38,873 bases of DNA, from contig RHPI01000671.1 in NCBI GenBank assembly GCA_009103225.1, forward strand, positions 510,152-549,024, given 5' to 3'. The DNA is from Chlorokybus atmophyticus (lineage: Eukaryota; Plantae; Mesostigma and Chlorokybus algae). The position numbers were made by a program, and so were the translations under genes. The notes under the pieces are model-generated. The model was not told the origin of the DNA. It made no database searches and saw only the letters and a list, made by a program, of their open reading frames with translations. Of this stretch, positions 1 to 11,649 are shown piece after piece (the stretch's first letter is position 1; the number at the start of each line of letters is the position of its first letter).

Positions 1-119
1 GAGAGCTCTGAGGCATATCACTCACCCGTGCGTTTGCGTAGTGGGTGGATGAGTGTGGGTGTATATGTGCATGTGTGGAAAAGAGGGAGGGGGGGTGTAC
101 TAAGGTGTACTCGGTGTAC

Positions 120-638
120 CCAGGTACGGTGAACCAGCGCCCTGTACCACTTTGGGTTGAAGCCCCAGTTCTTTGACACCTTTGACGGTGAGGGGGGACA
201 GAAGAATTGTGTGTGTATTTGAGTGTGTGCATTGATTCAAGTGTGACAAAGAGACCTAGTATGCAAACGCACTTGCAACGGTAAGCCGATGGGGTTGAGG
301 TCGCTGTCGCTCAGAGTGGAGAAATTCCTCGGGATCAAGAACACGATCCCCGTTTTGACCAAGGCCAGCCTATGGGTGGGTGTACATGTGTGGGTATATG
401 TGTGAGAAAGTGTACGTGAGTGAGTGCGCATGCGGGCGTGAGAGTGCGCACAGTTCAGTGTATCACCTCGCCATTCTGGGTCGCCTGTATGGATTGCGCA
501 TGCGGACGGCCACGCACTCGATCCGCCGCCACCGCTCGTCATCAAGGTCCCCCTGACAGTTTGGACTGGAGTAAGGGGGTTTGTTTGAGGGAGTTTGTTT
601 GAGATGGCCAGAGGCCACTTGATAAACGTGCAGCACGA

Positions 639-707
<69 letters not shown>

Positions 708-1194
708 NAAATTGTTGTAAGGCACCGGAAGAACCTGTTCCACATATTGCTGAGTTGTGCTTGTGTAGACACATGCACGCACGCACGCATATTTCTCCCC
801 CCCCTCCCGCACTCCTGATTGGCAGTGACGATGAGGGCAGAGGAGAGGTCGGTTGCAAAGCCGCGCTCAATCGGGTTGAAAAAGCCAGCCAGTGTGACCG
901 ACTGCGTGGAAGACTGGGGCCAACTATTGCATAGAGAGGCACAGATTGAGTGTACGCAGAAACGACAACAACAACAATGACAACAACAGCAAGAACATCC
1001 ACACCGACATGCGCAACCCTCCCGTGGGGGTGTAGGAGACGGTGTCTGTGCCGATGAGGCTTGAGCCTCAGTTGCCGGCGATTACAAAGTCGGAGCCGAG
1101 CCCGTTGGCAGAGAGTTTTGATAACCAATATCTCAAAGCCCGAGTAACTGCATGATAATTTTATTAAGTGTGCTGTGTGTGTGCGTGGGCGGAG

Positions 1195-1242
<48 letters not shown>

Positions 1243-2095
1243 NNNNNNNNNNNNNNNNNNNNNNNNNNNNNNNNNNNNNNNNNNNNNNNNNNNNNNNNNN
1301 NNNNNNNNNNNNNNNNNNNNNNNNNNNNNNNNNNNNNNNNNNNNNNNNNNNNNNNNNNNNNNNNNNNNNNNNNNNNNNNNNNNNNNNNNNNNNNNNNNNN
1401 NNNNNNNNNNNNNNNNNNNNNNNNNNNNNNNNNNNNNNNNNNNNNNNNNNNNNNNNNNNNNNNNNNNNNNNNNNNNNNNNNNNNNNNNNNNNNNNNNNNN
1501 NNNNNNNNNNNNNNNNNNNNNNNNNNNNNNNNNNNNNNNNNNNNNNNNNNNNNNNNNNNNNNNNNNNNNNNNNNNNNNNNNNNNNNNNNNNNNNNNNNNN
1601 NNNNNNNNNNNNNNNNNNNNNNNNNNNNNNNNNNNNNNNNNNNNNNNNNNNNNNNNNNNNNNNNNNNNNNNNNNNNNNNNNNNNNNNNNNNNNNNNNNNN
1701 NNNNNNNNNNNNNNNNNNNNNNNNNNNNNNNNNNNNNNNNNNNNNNNNNNNNNNNNNNNNNNNNNNGGGGGGGGGGGGGGGGGGGGGGGGAAGGGGGTAG
1801 GTAGGTGGGGGAGTGTGTGTGGTGGATGGGTGGGGGGCGAGGGATAAGGTGCGTACGTGTTCATGTTGGTGATCTTCAGTGTGAAGGCCACGCGGTCTGG
1901 CCAGACGGAAGTTATAATGAGGCCTTTGATGTTCGGTACACCCGCTGCAGGCGCAAATGTTGTGATTACATGCGCACATGTGTACACATGCACACGTACT
2001 GGTCCATGTGAGGGAGTTGTAACGGCGCCTGTTGAACCACCGCCCGTGCTCAATGAGCTCCGCACTTTGCACAAAGCTGGCAACAAGAGACACTC

Positions 2096-2127
<32 letters not shown>

Positions 2128-3215
2128 ACGCACTTACTCTCCGCTCGTGCCGGCTGCGTGATACGTCTTCCCACCGGCCACGAAACCGAACAGAAACGTG
2201 GGTGTGCCAGGCAGGTTGCTGCCCTCTATCGTCTCATTGATCGTGTTGAGGACGTATGGCTCTACACACGCGCACATATATGTGTGGGAGGGTGCATGCT
2301 GGTCAGTGCGTTGGTGGGAGGAGAGGGGGGAAAGGACTGTGAAGGTGAGAGCGTATGGGAGTCGTCAATTATGCACACACCGATACACTCACGCAGCACG
2401 CAGTCACAACAACATACGCACACACACGCGTACACATACCTGAGTAGCGTGGTTGCAGCACTCCAGATGTATACAACCTGAGCGAGTTGTAGCTCCACTC
2501 GAACCCGAAATGACTCGTCTGCACTGCGAGCACCAAGTTGTTCCTGTCTCTCAATCCGTCCTTCCCGTACATGTACGCGTAGTCCACCGCGCTCCCAACG
2601 ATGTTGTCCGCCACATCGCCCGCGTACGCATCACCCTCCGCATTGGTGTTAGCATTTGTGGAGTTGTTGTTGTTGTATGTGGTGCGGATGGTGCCTGTCG
2701 CCTTGTCGGTATCGTGGGAGGGGATTGCGACCCGCTTGCGCACTGCGACAGCAATGATTAAATGCGTGTGCGTGCGTGCATGTGTATATGTGCATCTGAG
2801 CGCACGTGTTTTGAGTGGATGGGTGTGTGCGTGCATATGTGCATGCGTGCATGTGGACATGCACAGATGTCTTTCTGTCAGATGCATGAAATGACCATGC
2901 ACATGCAGGCTATCACTGCAACCCACGCATGCATGGGAGGCATATGCACGCGTGCCCACAAGTCGTAAAGTTGAAGTGTTGCAACTGCTACCATCCGTAC
3001 TTTGGTAGATAAGTGTCAATGCATGGGCAACACGAACTGCACTTCCGATCACGTGCCTTGCGCAACATTTGTGTGTGCGCGCACTCGCACACATGGATGC
3101 ACTCACTATGCCTGCACGTTCTCCAGGTTGAGCCTGATCTTACGCTCCTCCACCTCCACCTTGATCTCCTTCTCTTGCTCATTGCCGTCGGTGGCATTGG
3201 TGGCCTCCGCCCCAA
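120..3215 (-). CDS. Multi-exon uncharacterised protein, partial; crosses the assembly gap; start and end unresolved
   Basis: Exons 2742-2440, 2261-2138, 2076-2000 and 1944-1857 join in frame through GT-AG introns: ...VDYAYMYGKDGLRDRNNLVLAVQTSHFGFEWSYNSLRL...GKTYHAAGTSGDFVQSAELIEHGRWFNRRRYNSLTWTTGVPNIKGLIITSVWPDRVAFTLKI. Exon 369-273 joins an exon starting at 179 to give ...NPIGLPLQ|VSKNWG. Upstream exons near 3215-3110 are less certain. Confidence 0.7.
1243..1765. other. Assembly gap (N run) flanked by long poly-G tracts
   Basis: N run seen directly. Poly-G on both sides; a similar poly-C tract with an n lies at about 642-708. Confidence 0.98.
2094..2127. repeat. (CAA)n microsatellite inside a 61-bp intron
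   Basis: caacaacaa... run lying between exons 2261-2138 and 2076-2000. Confidence 0.95.
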
Positions 3216-3698
3216 CAAGGAGGAGGAGGAGGGCCACACCTACACAGACAAGCACACCAACCCAGCCGGCACCTCCGCATTGTGTATGTGTTGGAAAAGG
3301 AGGTTGTGCGTTGAGCGGGTGGATGATAATACAGTAATACAGTTCTCAACCTCCCACGCCACAACTGCCAAGGTTGTGCTCTACACCTACCACGACTACA
3401 ACAGCTGCAACAATAACAGCTGCAGCTTCTATGGGTTCACAGCAACATTGCTTTCATGTCAAAACACCCAACGCAAGGAACACATGCGCAGCTCTCGCTC
3501 TTTATCAACACACTCACAGGTCACGCCACAGCCATGCAACCGCCCAAGCAGGTACATCTCACCCTGCACACGCATATCACCAGCGTGATGAGAATACATA
3601 CGTGTCACATACTGCCAGCATGCACTAGTTAACATCCACTTTACCGACTATATCAACACTGTTCCAATACATGTTAGCGGTTGCAAAAACATATATAC

Positions 3699-5931
3699 TC
3701 ATTCCAGAGCATGCTCATTTCGCTGGATGTATTCCGCCACAGAAGCAATCCCCTCCTGTAACTCCTTGAGTACTGCAACCAGCTTCTGCATGTCGCCATT
3801 TGCAACCTCTCCCACTATAGCTTTAAATGCAACGGCAGGAGACCATACAACCTGTGGCGTGCTGATAGAAACAATACCCTTCTGTAACACCTTCAATACT
3901 GCAACCAACTTCTGCACACGCACATTTGCAACCTCTTCCACTGTAGCTTTGAAAGCAACGGCAGGAGACCAAACAACTTGTGGCGTCCTGATCACGCTGA
4001 GGGGATTGACAGCTTGCCGCAAGGGTCCATTCGGGCCCCCCAACAGCTGCAGCTGCACCTTGCTTTGCTTCAGCACTTGCTTGTTGACAGTATCCTCTGT
4101 GTCGGAGAGAGCTGTGGCCTGAGGGTATACGACAACCTGCGTTTCTTCATTGGCAGCTTCCATCTCCAACACCAACCAGCGCGTCAGGGTGTCTTTAGAG
4201 ACAAAGTGATACAAGTCCTTGATGGTGTTGAAGTTCCCCTGATCGTTAGTGGTACATAGACCAACATACCCCTCCATAACAACAGGCACCCTGCACAAGG
4301 CCATATGTTTGTGAGCAAGCAACGGACTGTCGATTGCTAGTTACGTATTTGCTTCATCGGGTAGCTTAACATCCCACTGCATTGCTGTGATCGGCTTGTC
4401 ATAGCTAACGCACAGCTAAACCCCACACCGCCTAGGACAACAGTCACATCATGATGTGGACATATATGCACACTCTCACGTTGACTACAAGATTGACGAG
4501 TCACACGCCTGAAGAGCAGACATACCTGATTCGGTAACGCGTTTGGCTAGTCATCTTCACATTGTGCAATTCAGCGTACTGGCCAGAACCGACTGTGGCG
4601 TTTATTGTCTCCTCTGTGCTGACGGTGGTGTGCGTCGCATCCATTGTCGCCTGCAGTCAGCTCAAATGCTTAGCAGAATGGCAATGCATACCGTTGCTTT
4701 CATGCAAATATTCCAGCAAAAGCACAATACAGCTGTTATGCAGCTAGAAGTTGGGGTAGGTATCATGTGTGTGTTGTCTCGCAGTGACTGCAATGGGGCC
4801 TATGGACATTGACTGATGGTCACCGTTGTGTGGCCGATGGATGCAGAAACCTTGAAGCCGAAACCCTTGGCTTCAAGACCGAACTCCATATCAGCCTTGA
4901 CCTCGTCTGTGACGGTCACTTCATGATCCGCTGTGCTCGATGAACCTGTGGTATATGTGTAGGACAGGGACCCACTGCCACGGCTGTTGTCGAACGTCTG
5001 CAGCACGTGCCAGTGTGGGACTTTCCGAAAACGAGGGTGTCATGTCAAATGCATGACTTGCCATGAGTAGGTAAACACAATCAGCATGTGTGTATGTACT
5101 GTAAACTGACTGTAGACTGACTACGTCCTGGTGAATGCACACGCAACTACCAGGCCATAGCAAACCAAAGCGTGAAACATGTGTCAAAGCTGACTAGGGC
5201 AGCGCGTACCTGGCCTCGAGTCACAGTGACGGTCGGTGGAGATTGTCCTATCACTTCAACAATCATGTTCTCTGTCTGAACGTCGAGATAAGTCCCGTAA
5301 TTGAGGCCATTGTCATGATATACCTGCAAAGCAGAACCCTTTGCTTTTAAGAGCTACACAAAGGCATGAAGCAACTGTACAGCGCTGAGTCCAGAAGACA
5401 ACGAAGGACCAACTTCAGATCTCGTATGGGCAAGGCATGAACTGTTAAAGTCCACACATACGTTCTCACTCAAGTCGACCAAGCATCCAAACAGCACGAA
5501 ATATATCGCACAAACCTGCGACAGATCACCCCAATAGTTCCAGTCGTTGTCCCTGTGAGTGCGCTGGACAGCTGTCATGTTGTTGATGCGGAAGGCACAG
5601 TCAGTGTTACCAATAGCCCACGCGTCGTTCAGGCCATCGGCCTTGCGGACTCTGTCGGTGGTGTTGAGCCAGTCTTGCAAGCTCATCACCTGTACAAACC
5701 GGTTCAGTCATCAGCTAAGGAAGGTGGCAAAACTTTGCAAGTGAATAGGTTATCTCCCACACGGGCAAACTCGGTATAAGCCAAACAACACAGCTCTAGT
5801 AATATGACGGTACAGTCAGCGCGACTCAAGTAGGGCAAGCAGACAGCAAGAGCACGACGCAATGAATTCATCCATTGGTTTTGCTGACTCACCGTCTCCA
5901 GGTCCTGTTGCGTCACTTTCTTGTGTGTCAT
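3699..5931 (-). CDS. Aerolysin/ETX-MTX2-like beta-pore-forming protein, about 405 aa, 6 exons
   Basis: Exons 5931-5893, 5689-5516, 5323-5210, 4997-4824, 4650-4526 and 4290-3699 all join in frame with GT-AG. The protein has QTFDNS, a Ser/Thr-rich strand, an amphipathic hairpin (EVKADMEFGLEAKGFGFKVSASIGHTT), then TTVSTEETINATVGSG and RYRIRVPVVMEG, the order typical of aerolysin-fold toxins. Gene model is strong; family call is by pattern recognition. Confidence 0.72.
3771..3992 (-). repeat. 126-bp (42-aa) internal coding duplication in the C-terminus of the toxin-like gene
   Basis: TPQVVWSPAVAFKA...VAN...QKLVAVLK occurs twice; nucleotide copies at about 3771-3867 and 3897-3992. Confidence 0.9.
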
Positions 5932-6164
5932 GTCTGCGGTAGCAAGTCACAACTAGGTGCTGGCCGAAGCAGTAAGACAAGCTTCCAAAACAGATGTATC
6001 GTCGCTAGTCACGTCACTGCAAAGACCTGCACACGAGCGGCATGCAGTGCTTGTCGGATGTGACCTATGCGATCATGAACCGGTAGAAAGGGGCATTGCT
6101 CTTATAATCACAATAACTTGTTACATTCTGAGGCTGCGTCGCTTTCAAGTGCTGCGTCACCGTG

Positions 6165-6470
6165 ACGCAGCCTGCGGGGGCTTAGCAAACGGCAAGTGCA
6201 TTGCCGGCTTCCTAGGAGATCACATGCAGCCTATCAAAGAAGCAGTCAGGAAGTACTGTAGTTGTAAGAAGGCTGCAGAACCCTCTGAAGGCGCCATTTC
6301 CCCCCTCCTGATGAGGCTGCTCGCTGTCATGTGCTGCGTCAGCCTGCAGGGACCTTACTAATGCCGCCTTGGCAAACGGCAAGTGCATTTGGGCGGCTAG
6401 AATTGGGGCGCCCTTTGAAGGCGCAGCCATTCCCCCCCTCCTGCAGACGGCTGCAGCCCATAGAGCCTCT
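6165..6470. repeat. Imperfect direct repeats upstream of the toxin-like gene
   Basis: cagcctgc...gcaaacggcaagtgcatt and gaaggcgc...ttccccc(c)ctcctg...ggctgc each occur twice. Confidence 0.7.
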
Positions 6471-6957
6471 CAGCCATATAGCTTCAATCAGAGTGAAAGG
6501 TGCATTCACGAAATAAGAATGTTTACACCTTTTCACTAACCCCTCTCACACAACCCCCCCCCTCTACATGTCGTTGAGAGCGCTACAGGCCATTAATGGA
6601 TGCTGATTATAGTGAACATCGAAAACTCCTCTATTTTATATTGTGTATAACCACTATCGCCACTATCGCAAAAAACAATGTGAGCAAGCAATCATAAGTT
6701 TGCCCCTTATGCAATAAAGGTGAGACTCTCTACTTCTTTGCTTAAGTAATTGCGCCACATTGTCGTGCTAGTAGCTGTCCTGTAGGCCAATGCTCGATAA
6801 CCATCTTTATGAGGAGTCACGATTGCTGTCTCACGAAAATCGAGATGACATTGGGCAATGCGTTGGGCTACACGCCCGTGGTCTTGTGCATGTGAGTCCA
6901 GCTATCCAGAATGGCGGCGACAACTCCATGGAGGACATACACATGGCCATGAAGAGG

Positions 6958-6983
6958 TGAAGTGGACACGCGTGTCCACTTCA
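6958..6983. repeat. Perfect 26-bp palindrome
   Basis: TGAAGTGGACACGCGTGTCCACTTCA equals its own reverse complement. Confidence 0.97.
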
Positions 6984-7244
6984 ACCCGTACAATGAGTGC
7001 GGGGCCTCCTTGCTTCGGATGAAGAGGAGGAGGTGACAGAGCCATGTTAGGGTGATACTGCCGTTGCGATTTGTTCACCCCCGCTTACTCGGGAATTAAC
7101 GGGCAACTAGCCTAGCCGCTAGGCCAAGCTGGTACTCTGCAGAGAATTGGGCTCCTGTCCGCCGTCATTGTCTGCTTGTGCCCATGCGTGCGTATACTCG
7201 TACGTGGGAGGAGAAGTCTGACAGGTACTCCCTGACACCCTTCT

Positions 7245-7770
7245 TGTAACAGCACCACCGTCGCCGGTGATGCCCCTTCAATCCTCTACCCCAACACCCA
7301 CACCGCCTATGACAAGCCTTTCAACGGCGTGGCCGCCACTGAGCAGAGAACTGAAAGTCCCCACATCAGATTGATGTGACCCTCTTATATCAAGAGTATA
7401 TCAACTATATACCTCTCGATAATTAACTCACAACTAGACATCGACCCTACAGATAGGGTAGTTAGGAAATCTAGCGTGAGCCAATCATAGCTCAGATAAG
7501 GTACCTATCGATAAGGTACCTATCCAAAGATACCTATCGTGAGGAACCTAACGAGATAGTGATCACATTATATCAAATGTGACACTAAAAAGGCTTGAAT
7601 AAGCGGTTCTACACCCATTGGGACTTATTAAGCTATGATAAAGCATCATAGCCTTTAATAAGCGAGGAACCGCAGAAAAGAGGTATAAATAAGCATATTT
7701 AAATACTTATTCATACAAAATGTGTTATTTAGGTAGCAATAATACCCCTATTATTATTGCTCCCGTTACA
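7245..7770 (-). repeat. 3' LTR of the Gypsy element
   Basis: Bounded by TGTAAC...GTTACA inverted ends, directly next to the PPT, AT-rich. No partner LTR to confirm the left end. Confidence 0.75.
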
Positions 7771-7896
7771 TTCCCCCCCACATAGGTTTTCAACGTCCTC
7801 GTTGAACTTAAGTTGATCAGGCTTGATTTCGAGTAATTGTAACCCGTGAGATAGCAGGAAATGACAGGGTGGTAATGAAACTGCACTGCCAGTCTG

Positions 7897-10800
7897 TCAT
7901 AAAACCAAGCCCACAGTTAATGGGACAGGACATGAATCCCAATAAGCTCGAAGCAACTCGCGGCAGTGCGTAAGATGCCTGTCGGGCTCCCAACTGTTAT
8001 GTTCCGGGCCATACCCTTTCCATTTCACCAAATAGCGAGTTGCGCGTCCTCGACTATTCAGCTTATGGTTGAATATAGCTTCCACCTCGTATTTGAGCTC
8101 GCTGTCCACCTGAACTAGCGGTGGTGGAGGCTGTGTTCTACCGTCTGAGCGGTAAGGTTTCAACAAGTTTACATGGAACACGTTGTGTATACGCACACTT
8201 GGGGGCAATTGCAGTCGATAAGCGTGCGTACCAATTCTATCAGTGATGGACCTAACCATTGGGGCAACAACTTACGAGCACCCGTACTTTTGGTTATGTT
8301 CTTTGCGTTAAGCAAAACGTGATTGCCGACATTGAAAGTGGCCATTTTTCAATGTGTATCAGCAAAAGCTTTTTGCCTGTCCTGTGCTTCTGACAGACAC
8401 AGCTTGGCTCGAGCCAAATTTTCTTGCATATCAGTGGCAAATTCCTTTGCCGCTGGTACAGTCAGGGCATTGCGAGGTACACGCAATGACGCTGGTGTGT
8501 TCGGGCGAATCCCATAATTTAAGAAAAATGGGGTTTCCTTTACACTTTCCTGCCACGCGTTGTTCACAGCGAACTCTGCCATTCGCAAGTACCTGTCCCA
8601 ATTAGCATGATTAGGAGCCACATAGTCGCGAAGCATTTCTTCCAGTATTTGATTTGCTCGTTCAGTTTAACCGTCCGTTTGCGGGTGGAAAGCAGTCGAC
8701 ATACTTTGTTTTACCCCCAACAATTCACAGACTTCTCGCCAAAACTTGGAGACAAACCGAGGATCACGATCTGTGACAAGTTCACGCGGTACACCGTGAA
8801 CGCGAAAGACCATGGACACAAATAAGTGTGCCGAGTCCCGTGCACTTACAGTTGTGCAACACGGGGCAAAATGCACCATTTTAGTCAAACGGTCGACAAA
8901 AACCACAATAGCAGTGTATTTAGCTGCTGTTTCAGGTAGGTCAGTAGTCAAATCCATACTGACACTATCCCACTTTTGTTCTGGAATTGCCAATGGTTTA
9001 AGCAATCCCGCTTGTTTTTGTCGTAGTGGCTTATTACGTTGACACACGTCACATGTGCGAACATATTGATCCACGTCAGCTAACATTAACGGCCACCAGT
9101 ATAACTGTTGCGCAGATTTGAGTGTTTTGTGTTTCCCCAAATGCCCAGCATACGGCGGGTCATGCACTGAATGTAAGCATTGCTTACGCAAGTCGCCCGA
9201 GTTGGGAATTGCCAACTGCTCCCCTTGATACCACAGATTGCTAACAGCAGTAAGCTGTTGCAAGTTGGTTTGACTGCTAAACCAATCATCTGAGTTATAA
9301 CCTGTGGACACTTCCTTTAAGAAAGGATCTTCAGGCTGTTGTACATTACGTGTACTTCGAGAGCGCGCAAGTGCAAAAAGAGCAGGGCTGCGACTTAGTG
9401 GATCCGCCACATTGGTGCGACCCGGACGGTTTTGCCAAGTGAGAGTGAAACGAGAAATGAATTCATTCCACCTAGCTTGCCGCCTCGACAGATTTTGTTG
9501 CGTATGAAAGAATGTGAGCGGGTTGTGATCAGTAAACACTGAAAACTCCACCCCTTCCAAGTAGCAACGCCATGTGCGCAACGCATGCACCACCCCGAGC
9601 AATTCTTGCTCAGTGGTTGTGTAATTACGTTCAGCAGGAATGAACTTTCTGCTTTCATATGCACATGGTCTGTCATCCTGTAGAAGGACTGCCCCACACC
9701 CAATGGTGGAAGCATCACTGATCACCACAAAAGGCTTGGTGTGGTCGGGGAAGGCTAACACAGGGGCTTGTGTTAATGCATCTTTAATGCGTATAAAAGC
9801 AACCTCGTGTGCCTCCATCCATACAAACTTAACATCTTTTCTTAGTAAAGATGTTAAAGGATTTGCCATGCCAGAATATGCTCGCATGAACTTGCGGAAA
9901 TAATTGGCTAGCCCCAAGAAAGCACGTAACTGATGTACATCCTTGGGTGGTGGCCAATCCTTTACCGCACACACCTTTTGAGGATCTGGTTTCAATCCTT
10001 CTTTACCAATCACATGCCCTAAATAGGGTAGTTCATCCTTTGCAAAGTTGCATTTGGACAGGTTGGCATAGAATTTGTGTTCGCGTAACTTAGCTAGAAC
10101 CAATCCAACATGCCTGTGGTGGTCCTCCCGGGTTTTGCTGAACAAAATAATGTCGTCTAGATATACCAGTACAAACTTGTACAATTCATCAGCAAATACC
10201 GCGTTCATTGCTATCTGAAATGTAGCCGGTGCATTTGTTAACCCAAATGGTAACACTTTATACTCAAAGTGTTTTAGTGGGGTGCGAAATGCAGTTTTTT
10301 GCATATCCGACGGGTGGATTTTGATTTGATGATGACCACTGGTCAAATCCAGCGTGCTGAACACTGTTGCACCTGACATCTTATCAAACAAATCATCAAT
10401 CCGAGGCAAAGGGTATCTGTTTTCCATAGTTACCTTGTTCAACGCACGGTAATCAATACACATGCGTAGCTTGCCATTCTTTTGGGGCACAAGCAAAATT
10501 GGTGCACCTAAAGGAGATATGCTCTTTGTTATTAAACCTTTGTCCAATAACTCTTTGAGCTGTTTTTCCATTTCCGCGTGTTCTAAGGGACTTGGCCTAT
10601 AGATAGGCCGCCAAGGTGGCTTTGCCCCCTCTTCCAACGGAATGGTATGATGTATGTTTCTATCAGGAGGCAACTCCGGGAGTTCATCCTGAAATACATC
10701 TGCATATTGTTCCGTAAGTGATTGCACCACAAGGTCAGCTACGGCCTGTTCAACAGGTGTCTCTACCTGTTGTAAGTGCATCAAATGTACTTCCTCACGT

Positions 10801-11606
10801 TTGCGCACGCAACATTTCAGTTGCATAGGAGAGAGGAGCGGAACATTGTCGCGAGCAACACGTGCGAGTACAGGTGCGATTAACGTCACCTTACGTTTAC
10901 CCTTACGAAGGGTGCACGTATTTGCTCGAGAGTCCAATTGCAAACCTGCTTCGGTGCGCCACTGCTCACCCAAAACAACATCCACCCCGGGGATACTTAT
11001 CTCCACCACGATGAAAGTTGGTCGAGTCTTGTGGGTATTAATAAATAAACGCTCCTTCACCTCCCCAATTGCATTAAGGGTGGAACCGGCAGCACGTACA
11101 TACGACGTGACTAATGTGAAAGGTATGTTATTACGTTTCACCCAAGCATGTTCAACAAAGTTATGGTTTGCACCAGTATCAATCAGTGCTGTACATGGTG
11201 TACCCATAAGTTGACTCTCAAATCTCCATTTGAGTGGCACTGAGTGACCATCAAATGTAGCTAATGTCGGAGTGCCGTGATTGGTAGCAGACTTGATAAA
11301 GATCACTTGCAACGGTGAAGCTCCTGTATCTTTGCGTGTGAGTTGCATGATTACTTCTTCCCCTTTCAACAATCGCGACCACGGGCCATGATATCGAGGG
11401 ATAACTACACATGCAGTGACAGCATGTTGTAATTGCAACTCGTGTAAGTGCTTAACAGCAGTTACTAATTTAGAGAATGGAACATTGATTGAAACACAAC
11501 CGTTTGCATTTGTCAACACAGGTGGTGTGCTCATATCAGTCCATACATCTGATACATCACAAAGAGAGGAAACTTTATTAAGAAGTACAGAGTTTTCAAA
11601 GTCCAC
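7897..11606 (-). pseudogene. pol: Gypsy pol (Dam-like remnant, aspartic protease, RT, RNase H, integrase, chromodomain), disrupted
   Basis: LIDTGA; LRMCIDYR, PFGLTNAP, VYLDDI; SDAS...ELLGVV...FTDH; HDPPYAGHLG...CDVCQ; VDRLTK, TDRDPRF; YEVEAI...YLVKWKGYGPEHNSWEP. In-frame TAA at 8667-8669 in HPQTDG*TER, TGA at 8349-8351, and a frameshift near 8245. Confidence 0.93.
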
Positions 11607-11649
11607 CGGTAATTATGAGACCCCCGAATTTTTGGAAAATCATGGCAAA

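Larger units (their letters stand above)
7245..11606 (-). mobile_element. Ty3/Gypsy chromovirus-type LTR retrotransposon, 5'-truncated and decayed
   Basis: PR-RT-RH-IN-chromodomain order, polypurine tract (plus-strand ttccccccca at 7771) and one LTR. No gag and no second LTR in the window. Confidence 0.93.

Noticed and set aside
1020-1140. Selenocysteine or TGA read-through in a putative exon (…AGN*GSS…)
   Set aside because: It lies beside low-quality poly-G/gap sequence, the reading frame is ambiguous and no SECIS evidence is available. Error or a wrong frame is more likely.
237-2093. Long poly-Gly/Pro/X ORFs in the ORF track
   Set aside because: They are artefacts of poly-G/C tracts and the N gap. 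The poly-G next to the gap may itself be a sequencing artefact.
6958-7000. Helitron 3' hairpin
   Set aside because: No CTRR terminus at the expected distance on either strand and no Rep/helicase sequence.
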